This document shows, piece after piece, positions 62,790 through 64,000 of a stretch of DNA of 64,000 nucleotides. Position 1 is the first letter of the stretch. Every line of letters starts with the position of its first letter. The position numbers were made by a program, and so were the translations under genes. The notes under the pieces are model-generated. The model did no database searches and was not told the DNA's origin. It saw nothing but the letters and a program-made list of their open reading frames with translations. The stretch comes from the human T2T-CHM13v2.0 reference genome, Homo sapiens: the NCBI RefSeq assembly GCF_009914755.1, contig NC_060933.1; one strand, 5' to 3'.

Positions 62790-63650
62790 AGTACCTTCTC
62801 AAGTGTGGCAGGAGGTCCATCATCATCAGAATTACCAGAGCTGCTTATTAAAAATTCAGGTTCCAGCATCTTTATACTCAAGATCTACAAAATCAGAACC
62901 TCTGAGCATGGGCCCAGGAACTTCCATTTTAAACAAGTGTCCCAGGTCCCACCAAACCTTGAGAACCACTGATGTAAATACTTCTCCCTGACTTTCAAAT
63001 TGAATCTATTGGTGAATCTTTTGTGTTCTACACCCAAGTATCTTTTTGGTCTGTCTGTGTCTCATACCATGACTGCCATCATCTCAAACCCAGGTGTTCT
63101 GGGTAGGGTCTTGACTATGTTCATACATCTCCAAGCAATTTTCTTCTTGTCTGCATAAAAATCAGACTGCACACTGTGTCTACTTAAACTTCCTTGTTTC
63201 TGCTTGTTACTTGCTTCTACTTGTTACTTCCAGTGATGCTTTATTTAAAAAAGTAAATTCCAAACATTGATCTTCAAGATTGGGGATGATCTGACCTTGG
63301 CCTACTACTTGCCCATTCTTGGAATGTTCAGTTTGCAGCACTGCTGGTTTCTGCGCTGTACCCACACTGGCTTCTTTTTGACCCTCACATTGCCATGTTT
63401 CTGTCTCACTATGACCTTTGAAGGAGCTTCTCTGTCTCTTGAGGATGCTAGGCCTCTGTACCTCTCAATCTTGTTGTTAGCTAACTCTTATCTTTAAGAC
63501 ATCAGCTTATTCCAGTTGCAATTAATTATGAATGTAATTATTTGTCTGCTTTCTCCTTTCTGATAAGACTCTTTTATGAGCTACCATGTCCCCAAACTGT
63601 CTGTCAATAGTGGGTGCTCAATAAATATTGTTTGAATGAATGAATGAATG
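62790..63650. mobile_element. MER5A-like element (~62790-62972) followed by L2 (~63000-63650)
   Basis: aaatcagaacctctg...ttttaaacaag...ttgagaaccactg; gtgctcaataaatattgtttgaatgaatgaatgaatg L2 tail. Confidence 0.68.
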
Positions 63651-64000
63651 CACAGTACCCTCCAATGTGCATCTTCTTCTCCATTTTCTGAATGTTTCTA
63701 TTTTCCTGACTGTTGGAGGAAAGATGCCTCCAGACAATGGCCTCTGTACCAATTCAGGGGAATAATCTTACTCTCACCTCCCAGACCTTACCTGGTGAAC
63801 TCATCAGCAGGCCTCATATGGCCTATATGTGAAACAAACTTTTATTAACATAAAAGCATGAATACAGAAACACTGAAAACAGAAGACAATCAGTGAATAC
63901 TTGGCTAAAGTCTACAGAACACAGAGAAGGTAAAGAACAAATGACTGTTATCCTTAACTCAGCATCTGAATTACCTGAATATAATCTTGTCATTTTCAGG

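Overview
Human-like genomic DNA, AT-rich and Alu/L1-dense, recognised from the encoded proteins as the chr9q22 SLRP cluster. One internal CENPP coding exon lies on the + strand (14265-14361). Two complete small leucine-rich proteoglycan genes are nested antisense in the following CENPP intron. OGN (osteoglycin/mimecan) has 7 exons; its six coding exons sum to 897 nt = 298 aa + stop. OMD (osteomodulin) has 3 exons; its two coding exons sum to 1266 nt = 421 aa + stop. All splice sites were checked by eye and are GT-AG with matching phases. The rest is roughly 45 Alus, old L1s, LTRs, DNA transposons and L2/MIR; nearly all other ORFs in the track are repeat-derived artefacts. I cannot support a wholly new gene system. 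The most unusual structures are: a ~94-bp near-perfect copy of the OMD exon-2 splice acceptor inside OMD intron 2, embedded in a templated-insertion scar; an Alu with a 5' inversion (twin-priming architecture) and an exact 16-bp TSD; a fold-back chimeric Alu; an OGN uORF in frame with the main ORF; and a 28-kb run of 17 same-strand Alus. Repeat subfamily names are from recall and repeat boundaries are approximate.
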